64,000 nt of DNA. Origin: Marsupella aquatica (Eukaryota > Plantae > Marchantiophyta). The stretch is taken from contig OZ316896.1 of the NCBI GenBank assembly GCA_973895155.1, positions 6,066,166-6,130,165 on the forward strand, in the 5' to 3' direction. Under the pieces are notes generated by a model that saw only the letters and a list, made by a program, of their open reading frames with translations, was not told the DNA's origin and did not search any database. The position numbers were made by a program, and so were the translations under genes. Shown here piece by piece: positions 40,901 to 54,096 of the stretch. Positions within the stretch are counted from its first letter, which is position 1. Every line of letters begins with the position of its first letter.

Positions 40901-42658
40901 TGGGGGAGGTGATTTCTAGGGAGAAAAGGGGTAGAAATGGTCTGAATTTTTTAAATCAGGAAGAACCCATATTGATTGAGACCTAGTTCCCTTAACAAGT
41001 GTTTTACCATTTTTTTGTGACATGCTGTTTATTGGTAATTAGTAACATCGGGTTTTCTTTTGAAATAGGACGAAGAAGGTGATGATGATCTGGCACTCTG
41101 TCTCCTGATGAAAGGGACAGCTTTACGAGAACTTGGAAAAATGGAGGAGGCTCTTGAACACTTAGAGCAATTAAGGTTGTCTCCTTTGTAGTAGTTAAGT
41201 CTGGCTTTGAAAGCATGTCTCTTCAATGTCCTTAGTTGGGTAGAATCGTCTAGGTCAAATCAAACGGATAGTATATGTATCTACTCTCGGTCGCATTCAA
41301 CGTGTACGGTCGCCTTGCTCCTCTACTGTTATTTTTCTACTCATATTAAAAGTTACCCCCAAGCAAGTCGGCTTTCGAACCTCTTAAGTTTACTTCCGCT
41401 CGATACTCTACGTTTGATCTATCACCTTTGTCCTTTGTTGTTGGATGTACTTGAGTCGCTTTAGGTAGTCTAATACGCATACTTAAGTCTATTTCAATGG
41501 CTTATGGGTTCAGAAGAATAACAAATGTTTATTCCTTTGTTCTCTTTCAGAAAATCTAATGATGACATCTTTGTTTGGGGCCAGAGAGGAGACATGCTAT
41601 GTGGAAACGGAGCTCTTTGTGATTCCTATGGCTGCATATGAACGCGCTGTACTGTTGATCAACCAGTACACTCGTTCTGCCGCGGCAAACCCAGAACTGG
41701 CTTTAGATTATAGCCTTCTTGTGCAGGTGGAATGTCTGACTTAACCTTGAGAAATGTTAGAAATTCTGCTCTCTATATTTTAATTGTGGATTGCAATGGA
41801 TTGGGTGATCCATTATCTGGTCCTCTTTGGTTGTCGTCACAAATTTGTCAATTACTATTTTATAGGTATGAGTCGGGTTGACATTTAATTTAGTTTTTGT
41901 CCTTATATATAATGTCACTGCATACAACTTCTACAAGGTGAAAACTGCCATGTTCCTGATCTAATGACAAAGCTTGGTACTTGATGAAGCTCACTTTGCA
42001 AGATTTTATGGGCTTTTTCAGGCTGGGAAGGAGCTCTCAATTGCAGAAGGATTCAAGAGTGATTACAACTTTCTTTGGCGCCTCTTAGGCCGTGTGCATG
42101 CTGCTCGAGGGGCCATTCGAGTTCTCATGGGGGAGCAGGTAAAATATCTTGCTTGGTTCTACTTTTGAATATCATGTGTGTGAATAATTCTGACCCTAAA
42201 AACAAGTGGTGGGGTGAAACCGGAATGCCAATGATCATGTTCTAACTTATATTTATCTGGCGTGAATGCTTTTCAATTTGCAGACAAATTCATTAGACCC
42301 AGCCAGTACAGAGGATATAGAAAATGCAGAGTGTCAGTGGATTGATAGTGAAGAGTATGACATCAGTTCACCTCGACAAAGCATGGAGGTCCTTTCACCA
42401 CGGCAGAGCATGGAAAGTAGACCTAATTTGAGCAATGACATCAGTGCACCTCGACAAAGCATGGAGGTCCTTTCACCACGGCAGAGCATGGAAAGGAGAC
42501 CTAATTTGAGCAATGACATCAGTTCACCTCGACAAAGCATGGAGGTCCTTTCACCACGGCAGAGCATGGAAAAGATAACACATAAATTGAGCATTCAAGT
42601 GCAGAACAGCATCAACGATAAGAGCGAGGAGAATGATGTATTCTTTGATGCTTCATAA
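34943..42658 (+). CDS. TTC39/IML2-family tetratricopeptide repeat protein, multi-exon
   Basis: Exon peptides ALK|LFLQGRFDEAE (35355), RIIEAEATYLLALLCFFEESMGSFFR (36770), GAVELGFGGFSLAISMLPPKLLRLLSVLGFPSNREAGL (37300), VYELGLSHMMQLQ|WKAAEMYWAELENDSVWSTAFFAYIH, DDDLALCLLMKGTALRELG (41080) and FKSDYNFLWRL (42050) resemble TTC39/Iml2 conserved blocks. Stop at 42658. Not every exon boundary was verified. Confidence 0.8.
42357..42572 (+). repeat. 78-bp in-frame coding repeat (~2.7 copies) in the last exon of the TTC39-like gene
   Basis: Encodes DISSPRQSMEVLSPRQSME.RPNLSN repeats. Confidence 0.9.
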
Positions 42659-43717
42659 TCCCTAGTAGATTTATGAGGATCTGTCAGACGTTGGATCACT
42701 TTTGGAGTGGTCTTGTATATATTTTACTACTTCCTCAGTCATTTTTCACAGACCCGAGTAGTGATATTTCCGACATTTGGCCTTCCTGTGTGATAAGGGT
42801 GAACTTCTAACTCCCCCATCAGCTTGGACTAATGGAGGGGTATTCTATTGTTATGCTGCTTCCACCAACCTGAACATGGGAGTGTGAGGTAAGTCTGTCG
42901 AGACACCAACTGGTACTGCATTACTCACTAGCCGGGATGCGGTCTATTGCGTTGAAACTTAAGGCTACACTATACTGAAGTTGTCTCTGTGGGACTGAAT
43001 GTCATATGATCTGCCGAATTGATAGACCATGCCTGTGAAATCAAAACCAAATATTACCTGTAAAGTGTAAAGCCTGGTTAGGAAAATTCAAGATATGTGT
43101 TGACTAAAGTCCCAACGAAAAGCCCTCCGCCACCAAGACCAAATAGGAGATGACATATTACTCCCATGATATTTCACGAGTCCTCACTATTTCCGTCCAG
43201 CTCTAGAGTACCTTCATGGCTTCTGGATCTGATGATCTTCTGAACTAGAGGCATAAACGTTTCTTACGAGGTTGTTACTAGTGTGTAACCGTTGTGGAAC
43301 ACGTGACGCAGTGTTTTGGCGAAAAGGTACAGAGAAATGTTTTAGAGATCGCTTACTTCTAAATCGCTGTGTGAACTTCACTTTGCACGAGATGCTTCTA
43401 ACGAACTTCATGTCAGATTGCTTATTAAAGTCGATCAAATCTGTTTCGGCGATTACAATCTCGAGGACCAAGGAACCAGATCCAGGAAACTGGATTGCAT
43501 GAGAGCCGAACTGAGATTTCCATCCTCCAATTGGCTGGAGGAGAGCAGCAGAAGGTCTGGTTTATTACGTGGGCGTGACAGCATTCTATGCTTACACTTT
43601 GGGAGGAAATTGTTGGTTTCTTTGATCACACTACTCATTTGCTATCAAACTGAACAACCCATGTGCCCGGTACAAATTTGTGTTTGTCCCGAGCTTTTAT
43701 AAGTCTACTTAGGGCTG

Positions 43718-44030
43718 GGGCCCATGGACCAAGAGTGAGGAGTGCAGAATTGGGTCAAAATATTTAAGCCAATAACAGTAAGTACAGATGTGTAGGGCAA
43801 GGTTTCATGGGCCAAGAGTGAAGAGTACAGATGAGTCGGAATATTTGAGCCAATAAGTACATATGTGTAGGGCAGGTTCCATGAGCCGAGTGTGAGGAGT
43901 ACAGATGTGTCAGAATTTGTGGGACAATGAGATTGAGTCCAGGTCTGTGAGAATGTTTCACCCAATAAGAATAAGTACTGATGTGTGCCGAATGTTCGAG
44001 CCAATAAAATTGCAGTTGTTACTAGAACAA
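43718..44030. repeat. Degenerate ~70-90 bp tandem repeat
   Basis: Recurring catg.gcc..gagtgaggagtacagat...atattt.agccaataa..aagtac. Confidence 0.65.
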
Positions 44031-45365
44031 ATACAGTAGTAAGGATTTATGATGTTCCCTCACCCCTCCCCTTAAATTCAAGGGGTACCCTATGCCTATG
44101 CATATAACACCACAGGGCTACCCCATGCCTATGCATATAATACCACAGGGCATTCTCACTGGCTCTCCAGTTCAAATCATTAACTGTCAAGCCCAAAAAT
44201 CATACATTCTGAATACTATGTACACTTTGGAATGCATCTTATTTAGGTCCAGGGGGCTCATACTCCCTCCCCATGGAACCCAGCCCTTAGCCTCAGAGGT
44301 GACAGATTGCGTGATGCCTCTCTTTATCTATGGAAAACGACGACCAAACAGAGCAATGCACTGGGAAGGAGATCGACAGTCGGAATTATTGGGCACACCT
44401 AGCATTAGAGTCAGTTACTGGTCTTTTATCAAGGCATACATCACAATCATAAATTGCAGCGCCAGATAAACAAGTCATCGGTCGAAGGGAACAAATACCC
44501 CTCAAGAACAAAATTTCGTTGCACTAATGCAATCTATGTAAACACTTCCATGTCTGCCGGCGTTGTGACCATTGATGATTCATTGAAGTCGTGCCAGTCT
44601 AGCCATTTTATTCAGTTTGATCGGTGCTGAAGACAGGTGACTAACGTCCGGCTCGTCAACGCACTTCAGGTGAGGGTGACATGAACCCAAAGAAAACCTA
44701 TACAAACAACACAATTATACCGCACCAACGGACCACATTGAAACTAAATTTTGAGTTCACTGAAAGATGAAGAAGCAGGAGGAACTGCTACTTAGGCTGT
44801 GACAAATCTACACATATCTACCAGCTATATACATTCTAATAGCTGTGGTAAAGGGTACAGAGGATAACGGGAGAAGATGGAGATCAAAAGATAATTCTGC
44901 ATTGACGTAGAACCAAGGACTCCGTTTACGAGCTACACAAGCTGACACACATAAATCCATGGATGTTAGCTCATGAAGGTCGCATACACAGCCATCTGTG
45001 GAGAGTAATGCAGAAATACATTAAACTAGAAACGACGTAAGCATGACGAAGTTCGTTGAGGGTCGAAGGGAGAGAAATTATTGCACTGAAAACTTTGTAC
45101 ATAGTTCAAGGCTTGAAGAATGGCAGTGAGACTAAGACTGCTGTGAAAGTATTTTGCTAATGGGTACTCTATTTAGCAATCACTGGAGATGAGTTCTTCT
45201 GCTGGCAAAACACTCCCGTGTGTGCCCACACTGAAATTCTTGTTTCGAATTGCAGATTGCCACTGAGACCTTTAGTTGGCTGCTACCAGCAAGAAGTGAT
45301 GTAACTGTAGAATGTGGACAGTTGTAAAGATTAGTAGAGACAAGTTATAATCTTCGCCCGAGTGG

Positions 45366-47000
45366 TCAATCTTCGTTATCTTCATCTTCATCCATGGCAT
45401 CATCATCCTCTGCTGATTCGTCGTCTGCCATTGGCTGATCGGGCGTTGCGACAGCTTGTTTGCCCGAAGTTTTCTTGGACTCAGGCTGAGATGCTGCAGC
45501 AGCAGGTGGGTCTTCTGTTTCACCGTCATCGTCTGCATCTTCTTCCTGCTCTACGACCTCCACATGTACTGATGTCGTCAAGGAACCCTTCATATGACAT
45601 GTAACTCTAATAACTTCAAGTGGCAGGGAAAGAGATTTCAAGATTTGAGATTCAAACCAGAAGATACTTGGAAAAGAAATAATACGCAAAAAACAAACTA
45701 AATAGTCCACTGAACAGTACAGACACGAAATCAAAGAAAAACTCCATGAGGATATCTACATCTCTTGCAGTGCCTCCAGCCATAATGCTTATAAGGTCGT
45801 TTTCCACCTGCTGAACCAAATCTGGCTGCGCACACGTCAACCAGCGCCACACCAATCAATTGCCTAAGCCTTCGCATTGTGAGAAACCAACAAACAAAAC
45901 TAAAACCCTTCCCCCGATAATCGCGAATAGAGAGAGTGCACCTTGAGTACCACACAAAAAATTCTCCAATCCGAATAGATAATCAAAGGAACTGCTCATG
46001 CCACAAAATAGAAATACGCTTTACATTGAGATCTGGTTCTCTCCGAAAGCGCCGCCTGCGAGCATCTCGCATCGGAGGTGTTAAGCCGTGTTTAACCTCA
46101 TGACCTTCTGGTGTAGGCTCGTTAGGATCTCTTACCATAATAATCTACACGAGAGAAAAACGAAATGTCAAAAACGAACAGCAGATCATCAAATCAATCA
46201 GAATCGAGGACAGAGGGAACCGAAGTCGGGGGACAGGCCTGGGTAGCCCCCTCCTTCAGACCCAGGTGGCTTAAGTTGGCCGCTGACGCGTGATAGATGC
46301 CAATGCGTGATAGATGCCTACAGCGGATCGACAAGCTTGCCCGTAGCAATCATTTCCAACAAGCATTCAGTGATTATGGGTTCTAAGTCCACAAATTGCC
46401 GATGTGACATCCGAATGTCCGCCGAAAATTCAACAGTCAATTCACGTAAAGTACTAACAACAATGAATCCGAAACACCAACGGACGAATTGTACAGGACA
46501 AAACAGCGCGGAGTGAAAACTGGATAGACACCTGCCCGACATCCGCAGTTTTTATAAGCACATTGTCGTCGTACGTTTTATAAGATTCCACCACACAAGG
46601 TAAATCAAGGAGAGCAGCTGGGAAAGTATCACTGCCAATTACAAAGTTCCCTGTCCTTCCATCCTCTGCAACAAGTGCTCCCCCCAAAGCCACAATCAAT
46701 ACGCCACGCCCGATGAATGGATAACAAAACCACAAAAAAAGTTCCAGGGCAACGGGACGAAATTCAGCAGTCTTTTGGGCCACCCTGTTGTATGCTGTCT
46801 TTTGGATGGAATTCAAAATGATTTTTCAAGGCAAAAAGCAGTGTACACTCGACCTCAAATAGGAAAGTAGAAGAGACTGACTAACCTAGAAACGAGAGAT
46901 CAATCAAGTTGTCTGCAGGCGATGCTAAGTCCTCGTTTAGAACCCGGTTCAAGCGCTCCGCCACGGAAGGCGGCACCCTCAGAATAAAGTGCTCCTCCAT
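45366..47000 (-). CDS. TAF7: Transcription initiation factor TFIID subunit 7, 5 coding exons, ~212 aa
   Basis: Exons 47000-46886, 46665-46532, 46144-46025, 45825-45756, 45565-45366 join in frame (639 nt). Motifs MEEHFILRVPPSVAERL, LLDLPCVVESYKTYD, KTADVGQ|IIMV and HGLTPPMRDARRRRFRR, with an acidic C-terminus. Confidence 0.95.
45566..45755 (-). other. U12-type (minor spliceosome) AT-AC intron in TAF7
   Basis: On the minus strand: 5' splice site ATATCCTC, branch site TTCCTTGAC 11 nt before the terminal AC. Removal gives in-frame DV-D-VEVVEQ. Confidence 0.88.
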
Positions 47001-48491
47001 CTATTGTCGGAGACCGCACGCCCAGTCAATCGTCAGAATTCAACCTCACCCTTCCTCACTACAAAACTAGGGGAAAGACCAAGTTAATGCCACTCCGAGC
47101 CCTGCAGCTCAGAAATAGATTCGATTTAATTGGTTGGGTTTGATTGGAGCTGGAGAACAGTGGCAGACTTAAATATGTAACCAAGCCTTCGCTAAGGCAC
47201 TGGTAGGCTGGAGAAGCAGTAGAAGTGGCAGCCGCGAACACGCCCTGTTTGTCACTCATGCACTTTCCTGGAGAATTGAACCTTGACGAATTACTTCCAC
47301 GTTCTAAACCGCTACCGTAGTGGCATCCCTTCCCGTCCTCCACGTCCCTGCTACTGCTTTCGTCCCATTTCCAGCCCCATCTCCATCATCACCTAGACAG
47401 CAAAAATTACATCGGATTTGGGAGTGGAGTGGAGTTGTCCTATAAGAACCGAATGATGAAGCCTCTTCTCTTATGTCAAACCGGCAGTAGTAACTAACCT
47501 GCGCAGAACGAAACCTTGGGTGAAGAATTGATCAATCTAAGCAACTCGTTCGCAAAAGCAATACAAAGCGAGGAGAGAAAATCGCCCGTCTGCTACCAAG
47601 CCAGCGATGCAAGATTGCGCATCAATGCAATAGTAACGCGCATGAATAGATAGATCCGAATTGGCTCAACCTTGAGCACGAAGAAAGGTGAACAAAATGA
47701 GACGAACCCATCAATCTAAAAACAATCAGTAACGCGCTCGTCCTTTTTCGAGACAGATGCTTTGCTTGTTGAAGCTCAAGTGCAATTACTTACCGACGTC
47801 TTCTACTCATCGCTGCCATGGCAGGGAAGGGTAGGCCTACTGCTGTATGCTGCACAACTCTCTTTCCATTCGCCCCTTTTTGCCACCCTAAAACCCCATT
47901 CTCCATAGGGGGGAGCCAACAAGGAAAGAAAGTGTCCCACTTATTTTGTATGCTGGCTTTTTGATGTAAGTCAATGAGTTTTTAAATAAAAAAAGCGTGT
48001 CCCACTTCGTTTGTGTCACCTTAGTTTGCCAAAGTGGATGTTCTATAAGGGTAGGGTGGTTAGGGGGTGAAGGGCATTTCAAAAAAGCGGGGTAAGTGTG
48101 AGAATCTGCCATGGACATCAAATGGTTTTATGGCATTTGGTAAGGGTGGTTAAGGGGTGAAGGGCATGTTAAAACAGGGGGTATGTGAGATCATGCAAGG
48201 ACATAAAATGGTTTTATGGTAGGGACAAAAAAAATATAGGCTACCTATATACATGCCTTGTAAGGATCACAACCACTAAACCTTGCTTATAGCAGTGCTT
48301 TGACACACCTTGTGGAAACAACACCTATAAGAGCATCTCCAATGGTGTGCCTTTTTTGGGCCATTACCTCCATTTCTAGGCAACAATGGCACAATGTGCC
48401 TTTTTGGGCCGTAACATTTATTGCCACGCAATATGTTGGGAAAATATAGCATGGCTTAACGTCACATGGGACCAATGTACAACATACAATC

Positions 48492-49585
48492 TGTTGAGCA
48501 AAGACGACACCCACAATGGCAAGCCCACAAACTTCCAACGCACAAGTAGTCGACAAAGAGAAATACGTGGTTCACCTCAACTGAGGTTACATCCTCGTGA
48601 ACACACAAGAGATTTACTGCACTGTAGGCCTGTCGACCATACCAAGTCTCTGCAATACAGGATCTCCCTATCTCTCAACTAGTTCCATAACAATGAGCCT
48701 GAGTTATCCAAGCAAATACCACTTGGGATAGAGTTTGCAACCTAGTTAACCTAACCTAGTCTGAAACTAAGGTCAGCTCTAACTATGGTTACAGTTGTAA
48801 CACTAGACCTAAGAGTGAAATGTCTAACAATCTCCCCCTTGACTCTGGTCTAGGGGAGGGTAATATTGTTAACCTATTTGATTACTTTTATTGGGAAATT
48901 TTGGACAAAAACCAAATCAACGTCTCCTCTCTAACTAGAGCAAACCATAACTAAGGCGGAGTCTAATATATAAGAATGAGCAAGAACAATAATTGCACAT
49001 ATATTAAGAAAACCTTACTTGTGGTGCAATTGCAAAACCTACAACATATCACGCTGTCTAGAAAATTTTTCCAAATGAATCAATTTGATAAAGACGTCAG
49101 TTGGGTTGAGGTTACCATCAATTTTGACTAGCTAAAACAGATTATCAAACACAACTTGCTTGATAAAATGATACCTGACGTCAATGTGCTTCATTTTGCT
49201 ATCCATTACCTGGTTCACAGCAAGATGGGAGCCCACTCTGACTATCACAATGGAGCTTCACATTCCCTTGTGACAAACTCATTTCAGTGATAATTTTATT
49301 AAACCAAATCACTTTCTTTGCTGCTTCCGTTGCTACAACATACTCTAATTTTGTAGTAGACTAAGCTAGACACTTATGTAAAGTGGATCTCCAACATATG
49401 CATCCGTCGCCTAGTGTGAACACATACCATGTTGTTGACCTCCTTTGGTCCAGATCCTATGCATAGTCAACATCTACATAGTCCATCAATGACCTAACAT
49501 TATCTGCATTTGCATCAAACAATAGACCATGATCCATGGTACCCTTCAAGCCCGTCTTCAAGTACCTGATAATCCACTTGAAGTA
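48492..49585 (-). mobile_element. 5'-truncated, degenerate relative of the Copia element (RNase H end, PPT, 3' LTR)
   Basis: LTR at 48492-48829 (TGTTGAGC...TCTAACA on +), with adjacent PPT complement atctcccccttgactc. 49016-49585 is the reverse complement of the RT/RNase H end (..KWIIRYLK..KHIDVRYHF..LQLHHK*), with stops. Confidence 0.88.
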
Positions 49586-51912
49586 CCAACAGCATAAAGA
49601 CAATCAAAAGCCGTGCAATGGCATCACAGGCACAAGGCCACCACAACATCAAGGTGGAACTGAAGCACCACTCAAAAGTCAACAGAACATATATGACCAC
49701 ATTGACCACATCAGTCCTCAGCCAGTTCCTTTGCTCCATGCCAATCCATTCCTTTGCACACAGCAAGCAAGAGTGTTGCCTCCCAGGGGGAGACCATAGA
49801 CTAACAACATTAAGGTGGTGTGCAACCTCAAAGACCACCAGACCCAAATCAAAGGCCTTTATGCCATCTGTAGAAAACATGTCTTCATTTTGGCCCGCCC
49901 GAGCATCTAGAGTATCTGGTATATGACACCCAATATGACAAATATCTTTACAGAGTGTACAAAGTACTTCTGCACTGAAGCATCAAGAAGAGTCATCCTA
50001 GAACTTTGTTGAATGTTATTTGAGAGATCAATTGCATTGTCAAACTCAATCTATTATGTATCAAGGGAGGGCTGCAACCAATTGGATGTGACTAACAAGT
50101 TGAATGAAAGGGAAGTTTGCAAGACTCTCCTTGTGATGCAAGATGAATCAAATTCATAATAGATGGCTTCCGACTGTTTGGTTCACTTTGCAATAGATTT
50201 GTACCAGATTGGCTATTTGGAAAATTACAGATCACAACACTCAAGTTGAACTTCTCTAAAGCTAAAACAGAATTGCAGGTACAACGTCAAGTTTATGTAC
50301 TGTGGTATGCCTTACTGTGTAAAATATGGTTCCCACTTCCCTTCAGAGAGTTATTCAATTATGCTCCAATGGGGTAGGGGACCTGATAACCAAAGGAGCT
50401 GCTAATATGTAGTTTTGGTGTTATAGTGGTCATCATAGATGGTGTTTGCCTAATTGCTGAACCTCACCCTTGACAGGCACACAGACTGAGTTCTGCAAAT
50501 TGTTACTAACAATTAGGTGGTTGCAGGTGCTTTGCTGAATGAATGTGTCCAATACACAGTTTATCAATGGTCTTAGTACAATTTCTCCTCACTACAAATT
50601 CAATACTTATGTTGAGTTATCTAGATGAGATCAAACAATCTGAAGCTGGCACATCACTGATGTACCAAAATGAAACTTCCAAATCATGGAAACAAGAAAG
50701 TACTTCTACACAAATTGACACAAATTGATCAACGTTGTTCAGCTACAATCTGGATCCCTAGGTGGTTACACACTCCAAAGGATTTTGGAAAGAGCTTCCC
50801 AGTGGGTCTGTACAAAATACATGAAAGAATTTATAATAGAAGATTAGATAGACTAACCTGACTGCCTAGAAGATTAGATAGACTAACCTGACTGCCCCTG
50901 TCTGCCATCTCCTCCTTTTTCCTCAAACCTAGAGTCACACATGTGAAGTTTCACTGTACAAGCAACTGGCAAGAATATTAGAACCCGTAGGTATTAGGTT
51001 CAATCCCCCTCTACACTCAATAGGTATGGAAGGTATATGTGTGCGTGGATAGGGTGTAGTGCTGTGAGTATTGTTTAATCTTCATCCCTTGGCTGGCCCA
51101 CTATGGGCCCCTAGTTTAACCCTGTCTCCCTCCTGGGTGTCACCCCCCTTGTGGCTACCCTACAGAATGGCATGCTCTGGAGGAGAAAGTGTATTCTATG
51201 TTGGATGGGTCTACTTTTGGTTTTTAAGGCAAAAAAATAATACTCTACTAATACATCTTCTTTCTCCTCAACCCTCGAGTCACACATCTAGAGCTTCACT
51301 CTACTAATAGGTATGAAGCAATGACTCAGCTCCTAATGATTGCCTATCCTCTCTCATCTTCTTTTTCCTCAACCCTAGAGTCTCACATGTAAAGCTTTGC
51401 TCCACTACCCTAATAGGCACCCAGAATAGCTTTGGCGCTTTAATTATACATGTGACCAACCCCTTGGACACGAACATGGTAGATTACCACGTGTTTCTTT
51501 TATAAAAACCTTTTTTTTGTGTTCACTACAAATTAAAAGACAATCTTTAAAGGAACATCTGATAGAAAGGTTACAGGTTACAGTAGATATATAGATTCCT
51601 GGGAGGACCACTTAGAAATTGAGTGGGGATGTGCTCCAAAACTTCGGGGCAATGACATCCATTATTCGATCCTATGCCGGGAGGTGGGCCGAGGTACTAT
51701 AATGATAAATAAACATAGTTTATAAAGCTTATACAGTATTGTACGTGGTACTATAAAGACTTAGCATAGGTAGCCCAGATACGCAGTCACGTACTATTCG
51801 GGGTGTTCAGAGACATTCATCGCACGTGAAATTGGACCGCTTCAAACTTCCATACTGACTACAGCTGCAGTTTCGTTTTTATTCGCTCGCAAGCTTGACG
51901 CATCAAGGATTG

Positions 51913-52488
51913 CTACCGAGAGACGGCACCTTTTGCATGTCCGGTCATCATAATGAAGTGACGTACTGAAGAGTAAATTCTTCGACTACAACACTGGACA
52001 ACACTCACAGCACCCGGGACAGGTAGAGCTATATACCAAGTACTACACCTAATCAGAGGAGAGCGCATTTGAGCTTTCTCCATTGCCACGATATCTCTCC
52101 TGTGAGCCAAGCAATGAAAATGAGCCACCATTGTCTGCGATGCCCACCTTTGAAATCTGAGCCAAGCGCTTTTGTAAGATTGCAGTGCGTTGATTATGGT
52201 ACATCAAATTTGAACACAGTGTCCTGTACGATTGGAGCTGGATTTCCAGAGTGTGATTGCACTGGATTTCGGAACAGTGAAGGAGCCACAACGCAACTTC
52301 TTGAAATGAGAAAGAGGACAATGTTCTCGATTGTAGGATTCGAGACAACTGAATTCAGAGCAGCACATTTTACTTCGTGAACGAGGAGAGTGCTCCACTA
52401 ATTTCTTTGGTACGATTTCATACTCAATTGAACTTACATCAACTGCGACGCTGAACATGTCTACTACAAATGTCACAAATCTAATCAT
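51913..52488 (-). pseudogene. Possible degenerate C-terminal (beta-propeller-like) part of the F-box gene
   Basis: ORFs 52488-52204 and 52131-51913 are in the same frame, separated by one stop. ITLWK...FHCLAHRRDIV resembles F-box-associated repeats. Weak. Confidence 0.3.
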
Positions 52489-54096
52489 TTTGGTGAAAAT
52501 TTCAGTTTCCTCAAGAAGTGCTACACCTCAATCCACAACTCACTATCCAGTCGAATGAAAAATTAGGTACATTCTCACTTCATATCGAGCTATCTTGTCG
52601 AGATGAAATTAGGTACATTCTCACTTCATATCGTCGAGCTATCTTGTCGAGATGGAAAATTGCGTTGGAAAATTGCGTTTTCCAGAATCAGTACTCATCC
52701 CACCATCTAGTCGGGAGTCCAACCTTCTGGTGCCGATGCTCTTGGAGAATTGAGTCAATGAAAGAGTCGAAAAAGGTGGGCATCGCAGAGAATGAGACAA
52801 GTAAACAGTGAAACAATGATTTAAACTGTTCCAAACCTGAGTTGGAATGCGTACCAAAGTGTCGTCTAACCAAATTCTGATTCACCAGTTTGCTGGAACA
52901 GATTACCTACGACTGCATACCAAAGTGTAGTCTAATTAAATTCTGATTCACCAGTTTGCTGGGACAGATTACCTACGACTGTCTGCATTGGATCAGTGCC
53001 CAGCAGCGAGCATGACTCTGCTGCAAATCCTTAGCTATGAGCAGCAAACAGACAGAGTTTCAGTGTATGGGATCTCAGAAAATTCTATGTGCCTTAGAAT
53101 TCCTCTCTACTGGCAAACCACAAGACAAATTCTTGGGTTCCGTCCAAAGTATCGAAGAAAGTAATGTACTCCAGGAGCCCGCATGGCAGTCTTGTTGCCG
53201 CCATCCATGACTAAGTCGCGGTTGTGTGTACAGAAAGATAGCAAGCCTTTTCTCAAGAAAACAGTACTTCTGTGGGAACGTATATTAAACCTTCTGCCAT
53301 GTGATAACTAGACTACCAAGACGTAACACGGTAATCGAAGTAAACTTGTCATAACATCCATCCAGAACCAAGTATACCAGAATGCCTTCAGACGCTCAGA
53401 CGAGTCATAGACTTCTGACAATTTCGCTTCAATATGAGCTCCTTCGCCAAAGAACTTGAAATTCTCGCGTGCTGTCTACTATCAAAGTTCAAGACAGTAC
53501 AGTTCTATTATCGGGTATGAGCTGGCCCCCAAATGTTGGCTTTCGGTAAAATTGACGCACGCAGGCACTCGCCTGATCGGTGACGCATCGGCTCCAAGCC
53601 ACACATCTACCATACTGTACTATACTAATTTGATCCCCCTCACACTTTCTTCCATTCCTAGATTGGTTTCTCCTTCTATCTTACTTATCCGGCGGGCTCG
53701 AAGTCAGTTATAGACATAAGCCTCAGCTAGATCGTGGGCCCTAAATTTGGCCCAGGTATGGTGAGTCCTGTCCTTCCTTTTCATCTCGTCGTCCTTTCCT
53801 TCGATAGGGTTAGTACCTTCCGTATACAGTGAAGTGCTTCTCGTGCAGCAGGTGGGCGAAATCAACAGCCTGCTTGCAGAATTTGGTCGAATCTGTTGCA
53901 GGAAACTAAAACTGGTACATTCCCGCTGTACTTATCAGTCCGGACTCGATCGATCAACGCGTACCTCCGGCGCCATTTGCCGTACTTCCTCACCTAGACA
54001 CAAAAAGTTCTGAAACGGAGTAATGTGCAGATAAGCAGGTGAGGAAATGAATTCACATCTGCTCCGGGGTGCTTCTCGGGCGTGGCGTCCTGGCGC

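Noticed and set aside
47997-48050. snRNA-type promoter (USE-like gtcccacttcg plus tataag)
   Set aside because: Imperfect USE and no recognisable snRNA downstream. The region is a local duplication.
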